64,000 nucleotides of DNA from Candidatus Cloacimonadota bacterium (GCA_029561955.1 JAKQWO010000036.1:27814-91813); one strand, 5' to 3'. Counted from the stretch's first letter, positions 35,254 through 45,250 are shown. Made by a program: numbers and translations. Notes: a model not told the origin generated them from the letters alone.

Positions 35254-38200
35254 GCTAAAAAGTATTAGATATTCTAACAAAATGGAGAAGATGCGAGTTC
35301 AAAATGGAAGGTCAGACGTTGTATTAGAGCTTAATAGTGGCTTCATGAACTTCCGACAGTTGCTAAAACTTGTTTCAGAACAACCAAGCTCTGACGAAGG
35401 CATCAGATTTGTTTTTCGAATCGAGTATATCAACCAGCTATTATCATATTATGTCAAAACACCCTCATTTAATGGTGATGTTTTAGATAGCTCAGGCAGT
35501 GTCTGGGAGAGGGTAGATGAATTTAATTGCGGACTGAATAAGCATGAGAAACTTTGTGGATCTTATCACATCAACGTAGCCAATGGGGCTACTACCAACC
35601 CGATAGACGATTTTGTGTCAAACAATAGAGATATGGATTTCGCTATTGAGATGGAGTTTTTCATATGCTTTTGGCCTGTTTCAAACTTTATTCTGTCAGA
35701 ACTAAGCCGGTTTATTCGTAAATTATCGGGTGAGAAACAGGAGAGTTCTAACCAGAGTGTATTGTTAGTGGGATGGTCTCAGACTGAGGTCTCTGTCGAC
35801 AAAGAGTCGCTGTTCAACTATCTTTACGACTTATACTATATCATGAATCAATCCTTTCCTCATTTCTTACGACCAGCTATCACATTTTACGCTAAGAATG
35901 AGGATGATTTGGGGCGTTTAAGGGCGTCACTATATACGGGAAGTGAAAAAATCGGTGTGAACACCAATATCCGGTATCTATTCGAAGACCGTCCTTGGGA
36001 GCTTGATGATAAACTAAGTATCCTAAATTACGACGCGCAATTGGAAATGCCAAAGCGGGTAAATAAATTATCTGATAACTTCTTTAAATACAACCAGTTG
36101 TTTAGATGTATCACAAACGTAAACTTCGTCAGTGCGCTTTTTGCTTTTCCTCAAACTAAGATACCAGGCATTAGCTACATTGAAGAGATCGATTATGGAA
36201 CCATAGATGATGCAGCGAAGCTCTCGAGTGAATATCGCTTGGGAACATTGTTTCATAACTACCAAACGCGTCTGCCTGTAACCATTGATCCAGATGATTT
36301 GGTGAAACATACGCTTGTTACAGGTGTTACAGGCAGTGGTAAAACTACTACGATCAAATCGTTACTTATGACTTTGTATGAAGACAAGAAGCCCTTTTTG
36401 ATTCTTGAGCCAGCTAAGACCGAGTATAAAGATTTAAATATAGGGGGACTTAGACGCTATATATTGGGAATTGAGACAGAAAAATGTTTGAAGATAAACC
36501 CCTTCGAGTTTCCCTATAAAAAGGGTGCGAACGGATTTCACCTCCAGACTCATTTGGATCTCTTAAAGTCAATATTCATCGCAGCGTTTCCCATGTATGG
36601 TCCCATGCCCTACGTTTTGGAAACCGCATTCTACTATATCTACCAATGGCATGGTTGGGATTTCAAGTCGGGGCACAATATCTACTGGGATGATGCTTCT
36701 GTCGATAATTCTGAGCTGTTTCCCACTCTGGACGATCTCTACAATGCTATAGATCATATCGTGAGCATTCAAGGATACTCAATTGACTTTCAAAACGATC
36801 TCACCGCAGCCCTAAAGGTAAGAGTGGGAAGTCTAAAGAGTGGTGCCAAGGGTGTCATGCTAAACACCAAGCACGGGACTGGTATAGGCGAACTGCTAAG
36901 TTGTCCCACGGTAGTTGAACTGGAACGGATAGGTGACGCTCAAGAAAAGGTCTTTATCATGGGGCTCCTTTTGGTTAGTATTTATGAATACTACATAGCC
37001 AAAGGTGCTGAATCTGAGGCAAAGTTGAGGCATTTGCTCGTTATTGAAGAAGCTCACAGATTGTTAGAGAACGTGCAACAGATCAATAACGATGAAATTG
37101 CGGACATGAAGGGCAAGGCAATCGAGACTTTTAACCACATCCTGTCCGAGATCAGGGCGTATGGGCAGGGTATCATGGTGGCAGATCAGATACCCACAAA
37201 AATCAGTCCGGATGTAGTCAAGAACACAAACCTCAAGATTATTCACCGCCTGTTTTCTCTTGATGATCGTAATGCAGTTGGAGATGCTATAGGCCTCGAT
37301 TTTAAGCAGAAGAAAGGGCTCATTAACTTGGAAGTTGGAGAGGCAATCGTGTTCCATGCCAAACTGCAGGAGGCCGTTAAAGTAAAGATTGACTCAAGAG
37401 GAAAAGAGAAGGGGAGCTTGTCCCAGAAGGTTGAACCTAAAGAGCTGAATGCCTTGGATGTAGTGATTAGCACTACTGCTATCCACTCAGAAACCAAAAA
37501 GGTGTTCCACACAGCGTTGGTATTTGATTGGAGCTATGCCAAATTGAGAGAGAAGCTGGAAAGAGTCCTTCGAAGATTCTCCATTGAACCAGATGAAGGG
37601 CTTATTGGGGAGTTGGTTTCTAACTTGGTAGAGTGGTTTGCCATCAGGCTTAGAAACAACAAATTAGTCCCTTATTCATTACCCAAAGAAAATGAGATAA
37701 AGGCTCTTGCCAAGAGTCCAGGGGATGCGATCAAAGGTCTTAGGGCTTTTATCAATATGAACTCCCATATGGTACAATTTCCCACCACATTGGAGACAAT
37801 CTCAGTTGATGCTTTGGATTATTTCATCTACGTTTATACAGAGGATCGCAAAGCAGTGGCTAAGATTATCACTGCTATCATGAATGCTCGCGTTGAGAAA
37901 TTCAGATATTACGATGAGGAAACACAGAGTATTATCATTTCAGAAGGTAGTGCAGAAAAGTACTTCTGCACTGATGATTTATCCGAAGACGAGATTATGG
38001 ATTTATGCCAGTGTATAGTCTATTTCTGTTCATACCCGCATACTGGTTTTGAGTATTACTTCGATCCATACGGCTCGCCAGTTTCAGACGATGAGTATAT
38101 GGAATACCTTGTATCATCTGATGAGAATAAGCCTGCCAATATATCGGTGATAACTCCTCCAATAGACCGCAATACTAAGGAACTTTTGGAATCTATTGCA

Positions 38201-38335
38201 GGTGGTTTGAAAGAATTTGGGCAAAAACAAGCGGGTGATCCAAATATTAAAGGATTGCTGCGCTTGCCGATAGTGTTAATGCTGATAAACAGTCTGTTTA
38301 TTATCATGGGAGTACTCTATTTGATATTCCGTTAG
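35240..38335 (+). CDS. HerA/FtsK-superfamily P-loop ATPase with a ~350-aa unknown N-terminal region and a C-terminal transmembrane anchor, 1031 aa
   Basis: Start at ATG 35240, after GGAGGA (the track start at 35225 is also possible). Walker A 'LVTGVTGSGKTTT', Walker B 'LLVIEEAHRLL', 'IMVADQIPTKISPDVVKNTNLKIIHRL'. The last 25 aa, 'LLRLPIVLMLINSLFIIMGVLYLIF', are hydrophobic. Confidence 0.8.
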   Translation: MALYKLKSIRYSNKMEKMRVQNGRSDVVLELNSGFMNFRQLLKLVSEQPSSDEGIRFVFRIEYINQLLSYYVKTPSFNGDVLDSSGSVWERVDEFNCGLNKHEKLCGSYHINVANGATTNPIDDFVSNNRDMDFAIEMEFFICFWPVSNFILSELSRFIRKLSGEKQESSNQSVLLVGWSQTEVSVDKESLFNYLYDLYYIMNQSFPHFLRPAITFYAKNEDDLGRLRASLYTGSEKIGVNTNIRYLFEDRPWELDDKLSILNYDAQLEMPKRVNKLSDNFFKYNQLFRCITNVNFVSALFAFPQTKIPGISYIEEIDYGTIDDAAKLSSEYRLGTLFHNYQTRLPVTIDPDDLVKHTLVTGVTGSGKTTTIKSLLMTLYEDKKPFLILEPAKTEYKDLNIGGLRRYILGIETEKCLKINPFEFPYKKGANGFHLQTHLDLLKSIFIAAFPMYGPMPYVLETAFYYIYQWHGWDFKSGHNIYWDDASVDNSELFPTLDDLYNAIDHIVSIQGYSIDFQNDLTAALKVRVGSLKSGAKGVMLNTKHGTGIGELLSCPTVVELERIGDAQEKVFIMGLLLVSIYEYYIAKGAESEAKLRHLLVIEEAHRLLENVQQINNDEIADMKGKAIETFNHILSEIRAYGQGIMVADQIPTKISPDVVKNTNLKIIHRLFSLDDRNAVGDAIGLDFKQKKGLINLEVGEAIVFHAKLQEAVKVKIDSRGKEKGSLSQKVEPKELNALDVVISTTAIHSETKKVFHTALVFDWSYAKLREKLERVLRRFSIEPDEGLIGELVSNLVEWFAIRLRNNKLVPYSLPKENEIKALAKSPGDAIKGLRAFINMNSHMVQFPTTLETISVDALDYFIYVYTEDRKAVAKIITAIMNARVEKFRYYDEETQSIIISEGSAEKYFCTDDLSEDEIMDLCQCIVYFCSYPHTGFEYYFDPYGSPVSDDEYMEYLVSSDENKPANISVITPPIDRNTKELLESIAGGLKEFGQKQAGDPNIKGLLRLPIVLMLINSLFIIMGVLYLIFR

Positions 38336-38388
38336 TGATCAATCATAATGACTGCAGTATAGAATTGACTGTGATTTCACAAAGATAA

Positions 38389-38428
38389 GCTGCAGCCGGT
38401 TTATGACTGGCTGCAGCGGTTCTGTTTG
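38389..38428 (+). terminator. Terminator candidate after the island
   Basis: GCTGCAGCC (38389-38397) pairs with GGCTGCAGC (38409-38417), followed by GGTTCTGTTTGG. Confidence 0.4.
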
Positions 38429-38595
38429 GTGAGGAATTCTGTTGTAGAGCCCATCGCCGGATATTACACTTTGGCAAGGAAAGTATCAAATTTTGCAGCT
38501 TTGCGCAGGTGTATGTAGGTCGAGCAGTTACGAGATTCGAAAAAACGGTTTTTCTTCGTCTGGGCAACATCGTCAGAGTATATTATGAAGGGACA

Positions 38596-38715
38596 GGCCA
38601 GCAAGCTGGCCAGTTGTGAGTTGTGAGTTGTGAGTTGTGAGTGCTGGCGCATTTACATAGATGCGAGTGCGTTAGGTGGAGTTGGCCAATTGTGAGTCGT
38701 GGTTGTGAATGCTTC
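38596..38715 (+). repeat. Palindrome plus heptad microsatellite module (degenerate R-family start)
   Basis: GGCCAGC-AA-GCTGGCC (38596-38611), then four copies of AGTTGTG (38612-38639), then a GCTGG...-type sequence. Confidence 0.8.
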
Positions 38716-38898
38716 GTAACCAGAAAGGGAAAACCAAACAATAAAAACACGATTGCAGTTAGCGATTCCGCAAAAACTCACATTCTCATAGCCTTTTCTG
38801 AAGATGAGACTTGACAAATGGAGCCTATCGTGCATTCTGGCTCGTCTAAGTTAATTATGACTTAAACTCATTAAAATAGCACCCTCAAGAGGAAAGAC

Positions 38899-40761
38899 AT
38901 GCAAAAGAAGAGACTTTTATTTGCGGCAGTGATCTTGCTGTTTCTGAGCACTTTGCTGATGGGGCAGAGTGTGAAATTTGCCATTTCGCCGGCCAAATTG
39001 GAGCCGGGCGACAAGGGCGTCATCACGGCTACTTTGAGCATTCCGGATGGAAAGCATCAGAGCCATGATCCAAGCGACCCTGCTTACTTTTATTTGGAGG
39101 CTTCACATCCTTCGCTGAGTTTTGGAAAAGTTATCTATCCCAAAGGTTACAAGGTGGTGAGTGCAACCCAATGGGACTATCACAAATCGGTAAAGCTCAC
39201 CCTGCCCTTTACGGTAAAGAAAGATGCGCCAGCCGGCAAAGTCAATATCGAAGCGACCCTGGCCTATAACCTCTGTTTTGATGATGGCATGTGTGAACCG
39301 CCGGACGAAGCCGTGGGAAAAGTGGCACTGGAGATTCTTGCCGCGGCAAATACAGAGCCGGGTACAGAAAAGCCGATCGCAGCCGCAGGAGCGGAAGCTG
39401 AGGAAACCGAAGCAGTTGAGCAGGCTGAACAATCGGAAGCTGAGGCTTTACCCAGCGAGGGCGATCAGCCCAAAGAAAAGGAAGAGAGTTCCATGGGCAC
39501 CATCCTCAAGTATATGCTCTTTGCGCTGTTGGGAGGTTTGATCCTCAATATCACACCTTGTGTATTGCCCATCCTGCCCATCCGCGTGATGGCGATCGTC
39601 AATCAAGCTCACCAAGACAGGGGTAAGGTGCTCTTACACACCTTGGTTTACAGCTTGGGTGTGCTGCTGTCTTTTGCCATTTTGGCGGGTATTTTCATCG
39701 GTTTGCGCAGCGCAGGTGAGACGCAGGGTTGGGGCTTCCAAAACCAAAACCCGATGTTCAATGTGATCCTGCTGAGCGTTGTTTTTGCCTTTGCGCTCTC
39801 GCTTTTGGGCGTCTTTGTGCTTACCGTTCCGGGGATGAACACCGCCTCCAAGGCCACATCCAAGGGCGGTTACAGTGGTTCGTTCTTTGGTGGCATCTTT
39901 GCCTTTGTGATGGCGATTTCCTGCACAGGGCCTTTTTTGGGTGCAGCCTTACCCTTTGCTTTCAAGCTTTCCTCGCCGCTGCTGATGCTGTTTTTCCTGC
40001 TGATCGGTCTCGGCTTTGCCCTGCCCTTCATCCTGATCGGTATCTTTCCCGGTGCTCTCAAGATCATCCCCAAACCGGGTGAATGGATGAACATCTTCAA
40101 GGAAGTGATGGGATTTGTGCTTTTGTATCTGGTTTACACCATGCTCAAAACCACGCTTGCGCTCACCAGCGGTGCCTATCTGCTCAATGTGGTCTTTTAC
40201 CTGATCGTGCTGGGCTTTGCGCTCTGGATGTATGGACGCTTTGTGAGAGCAGAAAACTCCACCGCCACCCAATGGGTCTTCAGCATCCTCGCCTTGGTCG
40301 TGATCGTGGCAGGTGGCCTGATGTTCTTGCCCATCAAAGCGGAACACCTACAGGCGGAAGTGGTGATGCAGGCGGACGCCAGCGGCATGATTCCCGCTCC
40401 GCATGCACCGGAAGGTTGGTATGTATTCAGTCCGGAAGTGCATGAGAAGCTGATGTCGGAAAACAAACCGGTGTTTCTGGATATCGGTGCAGACTGGTGT
40501 AAAAACTGCATGACCAACGAGAAAACGGTGCTTTTCACGGATAATATGATGCAGGAATTTAAGGCGGCGGGAGTAACGTTATTGAGAGGGGATTTCACGC
40601 GGAGCGATCCGGTGCTGCTCAAGTGGATTCAGGATCACGACCGCATGGGAGTTCCTTTCAACGCTCTTTATATTCCCGGCAAAGAGCCCATCCTCTTTCC
40701 GGAGCTGATCAGCCACAAGATGGTCAAAGAAGCTCTGGATCAGATACCTAAAGGAGAATAA
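38899..40761 (+). CDS. dsbD: Thiol:disulfide interchange protein DsbD-like
   Basis: Signal peptide, N-terminal soluble domain, TM core with 'TPCVLPILP', and a C-terminal thioredoxin-like 'WCKNC'. Confidence 0.8.
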   Translation: MQKKRLLFAAVILLFLSTLLMGQSVKFAISPAKLEPGDKGVITATLSIPDGKHQSHDPSDPAYFYLEASHPSLSFGKVIYPKGYKVVSATQWDYHKSVKLTLPFTVKKDAPAGKVNIEATLAYNLCFDDGMCEPPDEAVGKVALEILAAANTEPGTEKPIAAAGAEAEETEAVEQAEQSEAEALPSEGDQPKEKEESSMGTILKYMLFALLGGLILNITPCVLPILPIRVMAIVNQAHQDRGKVLLHTLVYSLGVLLSFAILAGIFIGLRSAGETQGWGFQNQNPMFNVILLSVVFAFALSLLGVFVLTVPGMNTASKATSKGGYSGSFFGGIFAFVMAISCTGPFLGAALPFAFKLSSPLLMLFFLLIGLGFALPFILIGIFPGALKIIPKPGEWMNIFKEVMGFVLLYLVYTMLKTTLALTSGAYLLNVVFYLIVLGFALWMYGRFVRAENSTATQWVFSILALVVIVAGGLMFLPIKAEHLQAEVVMQADASGMIPAPHAPEGWYVFSPEVHEKLMSENKPVFLDIGADWCKNCMTNEKTVLFTDNMMQEFKAAGVTLLRGDFTRSDPVLLKWIQDHDRMGVPFNALYIPGKEPILFPELISHKMVKEALDQIPKGE

Positions 40762-41874
40762 ATGAAGTTTAGATGTCTCGCCCTACTGCTGATCGCCTTG
40801 CTTGCCTTAGGTGCATGTGATCGGTTCGAGCACGATTTTACCGCTGTGGAAGCGGAAGACTTCCAGGCATTGGTGTTTACGCCGCTGCAAAATGCGTTGG
40901 CGGGCGGAGCTGCTTCGCTGGATCAGGCAATGAGCTATTTCAGCGATGATTACGTTCACAACGGCATCATCAAGAGCGAACGTGAGGCCTGGCTGGCAAC
41001 CATCTTCGCTCAGGATCCGGATGCCAAAAGCACAGTCACGGTTCTGAACCTGCAGCAGACTTCTGCCACTACGGCAAATGTGAACTGGAAGCTGCTGATC
41101 ACCAGCTCGACAAAAGAGGTTTTGGCGGATAGCACCTTCGTGGGTGATACGCTGCAAAAACAAGCCGATAAATGGCTGATCAGAGGCAACCGGGTTGGCT
41201 GCATCGTGCCCAATCCCAAGCAGATAGCCGTGGTGGAATTCTTTACCTTCTTGAGCTGCACAAACTGTCCACCTGTAGAAGCCAAGCTGCATGAGCTGCA
41301 ACTGGCATATCCCGGCCAGCTCATCTATCTGGAACATCATATCACTCCGCCTTTGATGGTGAACGGCGATCCGACCTATTCATACTACAGCCCGGGAACG
41401 GTGCCGGTGACCATCTTCGGTGGCGAAGTGAAGCAGTCCGGCTCATCCCCAGAAATACTGGCGGCTTTCGATCCCTTGGTGCAGCAGCTTTTGGATGTGG
41501 ATAGGCCGATGGTTTATTCGGATCTAAGCTATAGCCAAGACGCACAGACTTTCTCTGGCAGTATCAAGCTGACTCCACAACTTCCCGACTTTGATCAGAG
41601 TGATTTACATCTGAATGTGGTGCTGATCGAGAAGACTTCAAGCTCCCAAAACACACAGGGAGTCAATCTCCACAACGTGGTGCGCGGGAAGAGCGTCATC
41701 GACATCAGCTCATCTGACCTGAACAATGGCATAGATTTCAGCGTCACTTGCGTAGATGCTGAGGTGCCGGAAGACCTTTCCTTAGTGATCTTTGCGCAGA
41801 AGCGTCCTGCCACTTTTGCCAACAATGCCACCATCCTGAGCGGCATGGAAATAGAACTTAACGTAGCGAAATAA
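40762..41874 (+). CDS. Lipoprotein with a thioredoxin-like CxxC
   Basis: Lipobox 'LALGAC' and 'FLSCTNCPPVEAKL'. The ATG directly abuts the dsbD stop. Confidence 0.6.
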   Translation: MKFRCLALLLIALLALGACDRFEHDFTAVEAEDFQALVFTPLQNALAGGAASLDQAMSYFSDDYVHNGIIKSEREAWLATIFAQDPDAKSTVTVLNLQQTSATTANVNWKLLITSSTKEVLADSTFVGDTLQKQADKWLIRGNRVGCIVPNPKQIAVVEFFTFLSCTNCPPVEAKLHELQLAYPGQLIYLEHHITPPLMVNGDPTYSYYSPGTVPVTIFGGEVKQSGSSPEILAAFDPLVQQLLDVDRPMVYSDLSYSQDAQTFSGSIKLTPQLPDFDQSDLHLNVVLIEKTSSSQNTQGVNLHNVVRGKSVIDISSSDLNNGIDFSVTCVDAEVPEDLSLVIFAQKRPATFANNATILSGMEIELNVAK

Positions 41875-41886
41875 AGGAGATTTGTA

Positions 41887-42408
41887 ATGAAACGTATACT
41901 TATCATTTTGGGCATCATGCTGGTTGCCGCCTTTGTTTGGGCAGACCAGATGCCGGACTTTCGTCTTCCTGATATGAACGACAAGAACGTGAGCTTGGAA
42001 TCCCTCTTGGAAAAGGGGCCGGTGTTGATCGACTTTTGGGCCGACTACTGCAAGCCCTGCAAAGAGGCCATGCCTCATCTCAACACCCTGGCTGAGAAGT
42101 ATGAAGACCTCACCGTGGTGCTGATTTCCATCGATAAAGCCAAGGATCAGCAGCGTGCCAAGAGCTATCTCAAAAAGAATAACTTCAAGTTTGTCACCCT
42201 CTTTGACGTAGATCAGACCCTGGCCAAAAAGCTGAATGTGAGCATCCCGCCTCACACCTTCTTTGTGAATACCGAAGGCGAGATCGTCTACTCGCACAAA
42301 GGCTTTGATCCCACTCTGGTAGAAGTCTATGAAGAGCAGGTGCAGTTGCTTTTGGACATCAAAGCGGAAGATTCCTTAGAAGCAGAGATTCCGGAAGAGG
42401 TGGAATAA
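41887..42408 (+). CDS. TlpA/ResA-family thiol-disulfide oxidoreductase
   Basis: 'VLIDFWADYCKPCKEAMP'. Confidence 0.85.
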   Translation: MKRILIILGIMLVAAFVWADQMPDFRLPDMNDKNVSLESLLEKGPVLIDFWADYCKPCKEAMPHLNTLAEKYEDLTVVLISIDKAKDQQRAKSYLKKNNFKFVTLFDVDQTLAKKLNVSIPPHTFFVNTEGEIVYSHKGFDPTLVEVYEEQVQLLLDIKAEDSLEAEIPEEVE

Positions 42409-42411
42409 AGT

Positions 42412-43884
42412 ATGAGGCAAATACTGGTAATCTGGCTGCTCTTGTGCGCCGGGCTCTTGATGGCTCAGACGACCCTGCAGGTCAATGGCCTCAATGAAGC
42501 GCAATTGGTGTATAGAGATGTGCCGGATTCTCTGAGGATGTATTTTAAGGATAGCTTTTCCTTCAACTTGGCCTACAAAGGCTTTGGCTTTGGGATGAAG
42601 TTTATCACCGAGCTGCCCAAGTATCGAAGCAGCCAGAGCGATCTGCTGGACGAACTGGAGGCCAAAGAGCTGAAAGTGGGCTTTGATGAACTCTATGTGA
42701 GCTATGAGAATGGGCCTTGGATGGTCAAGAGTGGAACGCTGTATGAGACCTTTGGCAGCGGGATGGTCTTCCGCAGTTATGAAGACAAGGAATTTGATCA
42801 AGATCACCGCATCAAGGGTTTTCAGCTCAAGTATGACGACCTCTTCAGGCTTAAAGCCATCTATGGTGGTATCAGCAGTCCTAACGATGCCAACGCTTTA
42901 GACCTCAGCTATGGAGTCGATCTTGAGTATCCCGGCAGCTTTTACAAGGTGGCTGCGGGAGCGGTGGGTTTCCGCAATAAGACTGCCTTTGGCTATGATC
43001 AGAGTGAGGTCTACTTCGCTCGCCTGGGCTTCAATTACGAGAGCTTCAGTCTCTGGAGTGAGGCGGCGATGCGTGAGCTCTATCACCGTGGCAGTGCAGC
43101 ACTTAAGCCCGTGAGCGGCAAGGCTTTCATCGCCGGTGCGGACTATTCGCTGGGTCCCGTGTTAATGGGTGCAGCGTTTAAAGACTACGACCAGTTTCAA
43201 TATAGGCAGCAGGACGTCTTTTTGGCCAACTATCACGGCGAGACCCTGGCGGATAGCCAAGCTTCCGCTCTGGATGAACAGGGCGTGCAAGGCTGGATCG
43301 GCTGGGATATTTCCGACAACTGGAGTGTGGAAGCAAACTATGCCGAAGCATGGACCAGCGACGATCTGAGGAAGATGAACGACCTCTTTGCTGCGGTGGA
43401 ATACAGTGGTGATGCCCTGAATGCCGGCTTTGAGTGGTCTCACGTTGAGAAGACGGGTAGCGAACCAGGCGGCGTGGGGAAGCTCAGTCACTATTGGCAA
43501 AAGGAAGTCACACCCGCTCTGCATCTGGGTTTTGATGTGTGTTCCAAGCCCTTGAGCCTGAAGACGGAATTCAAGCTGGTGGATAAGGAAAACATCAACA
43601 CCAACTACGAGACGGTTTCGCATTATGAGCCCAGGATTCAAGCGGATCTGGCTCTGGGTAAGGTGTCGCTTTCTGTCGCATCCGGTAGCAACTGGAAGGA
43701 CTTCGGTTCGCTGATGGATAGCCGCTATTGGGCCAATGCGGAAGCCAAGATCGGGCTTTTTGATCACAGCGATCTGATCGTCTTTGCCGGGAGTGAAGCC
43801 GGTGGCAAGGTGTGCCGCAACGGCATGTGCCGCTTTGTAGCTCCCTTCTCTGGTCTGCGCGTGGAGCTCAGCACCAGATTCTAA
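42412..43884 (+). CDS. Putative outer-membrane beta-barrel protein
   Basis: Signal peptide, alternating beta pattern, and a C-terminal 'VELSTRF' ending in Phe. Confidence 0.55.
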   Translation: MRQILVIWLLLCAGLLMAQTTLQVNGLNEAQLVYRDVPDSLRMYFKDSFSFNLAYKGFGFGMKFITELPKYRSSQSDLLDELEAKELKVGFDELYVSYENGPWMVKSGTLYETFGSGMVFRSYEDKEFDQDHRIKGFQLKYDDLFRLKAIYGGISSPNDANALDLSYGVDLEYPGSFYKVAAGAVGFRNKTAFGYDQSEVYFARLGFNYESFSLWSEAAMRELYHRGSAALKPVSGKAFIAGADYSLGPVLMGAAFKDYDQFQYRQQDVFLANYHGETLADSQASALDEQGVQGWIGWDISDNWSVEANYAEAWTSDDLRKMNDLFAAVEYSGDALNAGFEWSHVEKTGSEPGGVGKLSHYWQKEVTPALHLGFDVCSKPLSLKTEFKLVDKENINTNYETVSHYEPRIQADLALGKVSLSVASGSNWKDFGSLMDSRYWANAEAKIGLFDHSDLIVFAGSEAGGKVCRNGMCRFVAPFSGLRVELSTRF

Positions 43885-43903
43885 ACACTTTTAAGGAGTA
43901 ATC

Positions 43904-45250
43904 ATGAAACACGTATTTACTATTCTACTGTTGATCAGCATCTCGCTGGCTTTTGCCCAGCCGGAATACTATCCCCTCACCTCGATTGCGGAGACCTTTT
44001 CCACAAACTGGTGTACGGGATGTCAGGAGATGTATGCGGGCATCAATGTGCTGCATGATCAGATGCACGCCGGTGAATTTATCTCCACACGGCTCTACAC
44101 GGAATCCGGCCCGCTGAGCAATGACGATGTGCAGGCACGCTTTGATCACTATGGCGTGGTGGGTTTCCCTACCGTGATCTTCAACGGCAAAGCCAGAGTT
44201 GATGGTGCAAACGATGAAACGCACAACGGGCAAGATTATCTGAATGCTATGAAGCCCTATCGCTTTGCCATTTCGCCCTTGAAGATGCAGATAACAGCAT
44301 TTAACAGGCAGACGGGCGCCATCTCGGTGAATGTGCAGATGGTGTCTTCCACCTTCAACCTGCAAAATGCCAACCTGATACTCTATCTTTTGGAAGATGA
44401 CGTCACGGATATTGAAACCCATGTGACGAGGCAGGTTATTCAGCATCCGATCACACTTTCCGGAGCGGGAAATAGCACTCAGGTGGATAAGACCTTCACC
44501 ATCAGTGCAGATTATGACACGACCAAGCTCTGGGCGGCAGCATTTGTCCAATTGGCTGACGATAACATCGTGCAAACGGCGCATACGCTGGCACTGCCTG
44601 AACATCATATCCGCGCTGCTTTCAATTGGGATGCCACTGTCGTTTCTCCCTTGGGAGAGGCTTCTTATCTATCGCAGCCCTTCTGGGTCTTCAATCTGGG
44701 TGTCGAAGAGAGCATCAATACCCGGATAGTGGTGGATGAAGGGCCGGACAACTGGTATTTCAACTACTGCGATGAAGATGATAACTGCTATCCTGGCAGC
44801 ATTCCCATGCCACACACTCTCGTTGCTGGCGAAATCAAAGGTTTTCATCTCAACATCATGCTCTCGGGCAGTGGTATTGCCAGATTCCGCTTTGTGATCT
44901 CTTCAGACTCTTTGGGTGAGTATAGCATTCCCTTTGTGCTCGTAACCGACGATTTGGACAGCGATGATCACGTGATCCCAAACTACAGCCTCAACCTCAA
45001 GGCAAACTACCCCAACCCTTTCTCTGCCAATACCTCCATCGTGGTGGAGGCACAGAAGACAGCCGGAGATGTGGTCGTGGACATCTATAACATCAAAGGG
45101 CAAAAGGTGGATAGCTTGGAGCTGAGGCAGCTTAGTGATGGCAGCAATGAGATGGTGTGGAGCCCTTCCAAAGACCTTCCCGCGGGAGTGTATCTGCAGA
45201 AGATACGTGGCACAAACCTGCCCGCCAGAAGGATGATGTATATTAAGTAG
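43904..45250 (+). CDS. Secreted protein with a CxxC (WCTGCQ) and a T9SS type-A C-terminal sorting domain
   Basis: The C-terminus 'NYPNPFSANTSIVVEA...VVDIYNIKGQKV...GVYLQKIRG' matches the Por/T9SS CTD pattern. Confidence 0.75.
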   Translation: MKHVFTILLLISISLAFAQPEYYPLTSIAETFSTNWCTGCQEMYAGINVLHDQMHAGEFISTRLYTESGPLSNDDVQARFDHYGVVGFPTVIFNGKARVDGANDETHNGQDYLNAMKPYRFAISPLKMQITAFNRQTGAISVNVQMVSSTFNLQNANLILYLLEDDVTDIETHVTRQVIQHPITLSGAGNSTQVDKTFTISADYDTTKLWAAAFVQLADDNIVQTAHTLALPEHHIRAAFNWDATVVSPLGEASYLSQPFWVFNLGVEESINTRIVVDEGPDNWYFNYCDEDDNCYPGSIPMPHTLVAGEIKGFHLNIMLSGSGIARFRFVISSDSLGEYSIPFVLVTDDLDSDDHVIPNYSLNLKANYPNPFSANTSIVVEAQKTAGDVVVDIYNIKGQKVDSLELRQLSDGSNEMVWSPSKDLPAGVYLQKIRGTNLPARRMMYIK

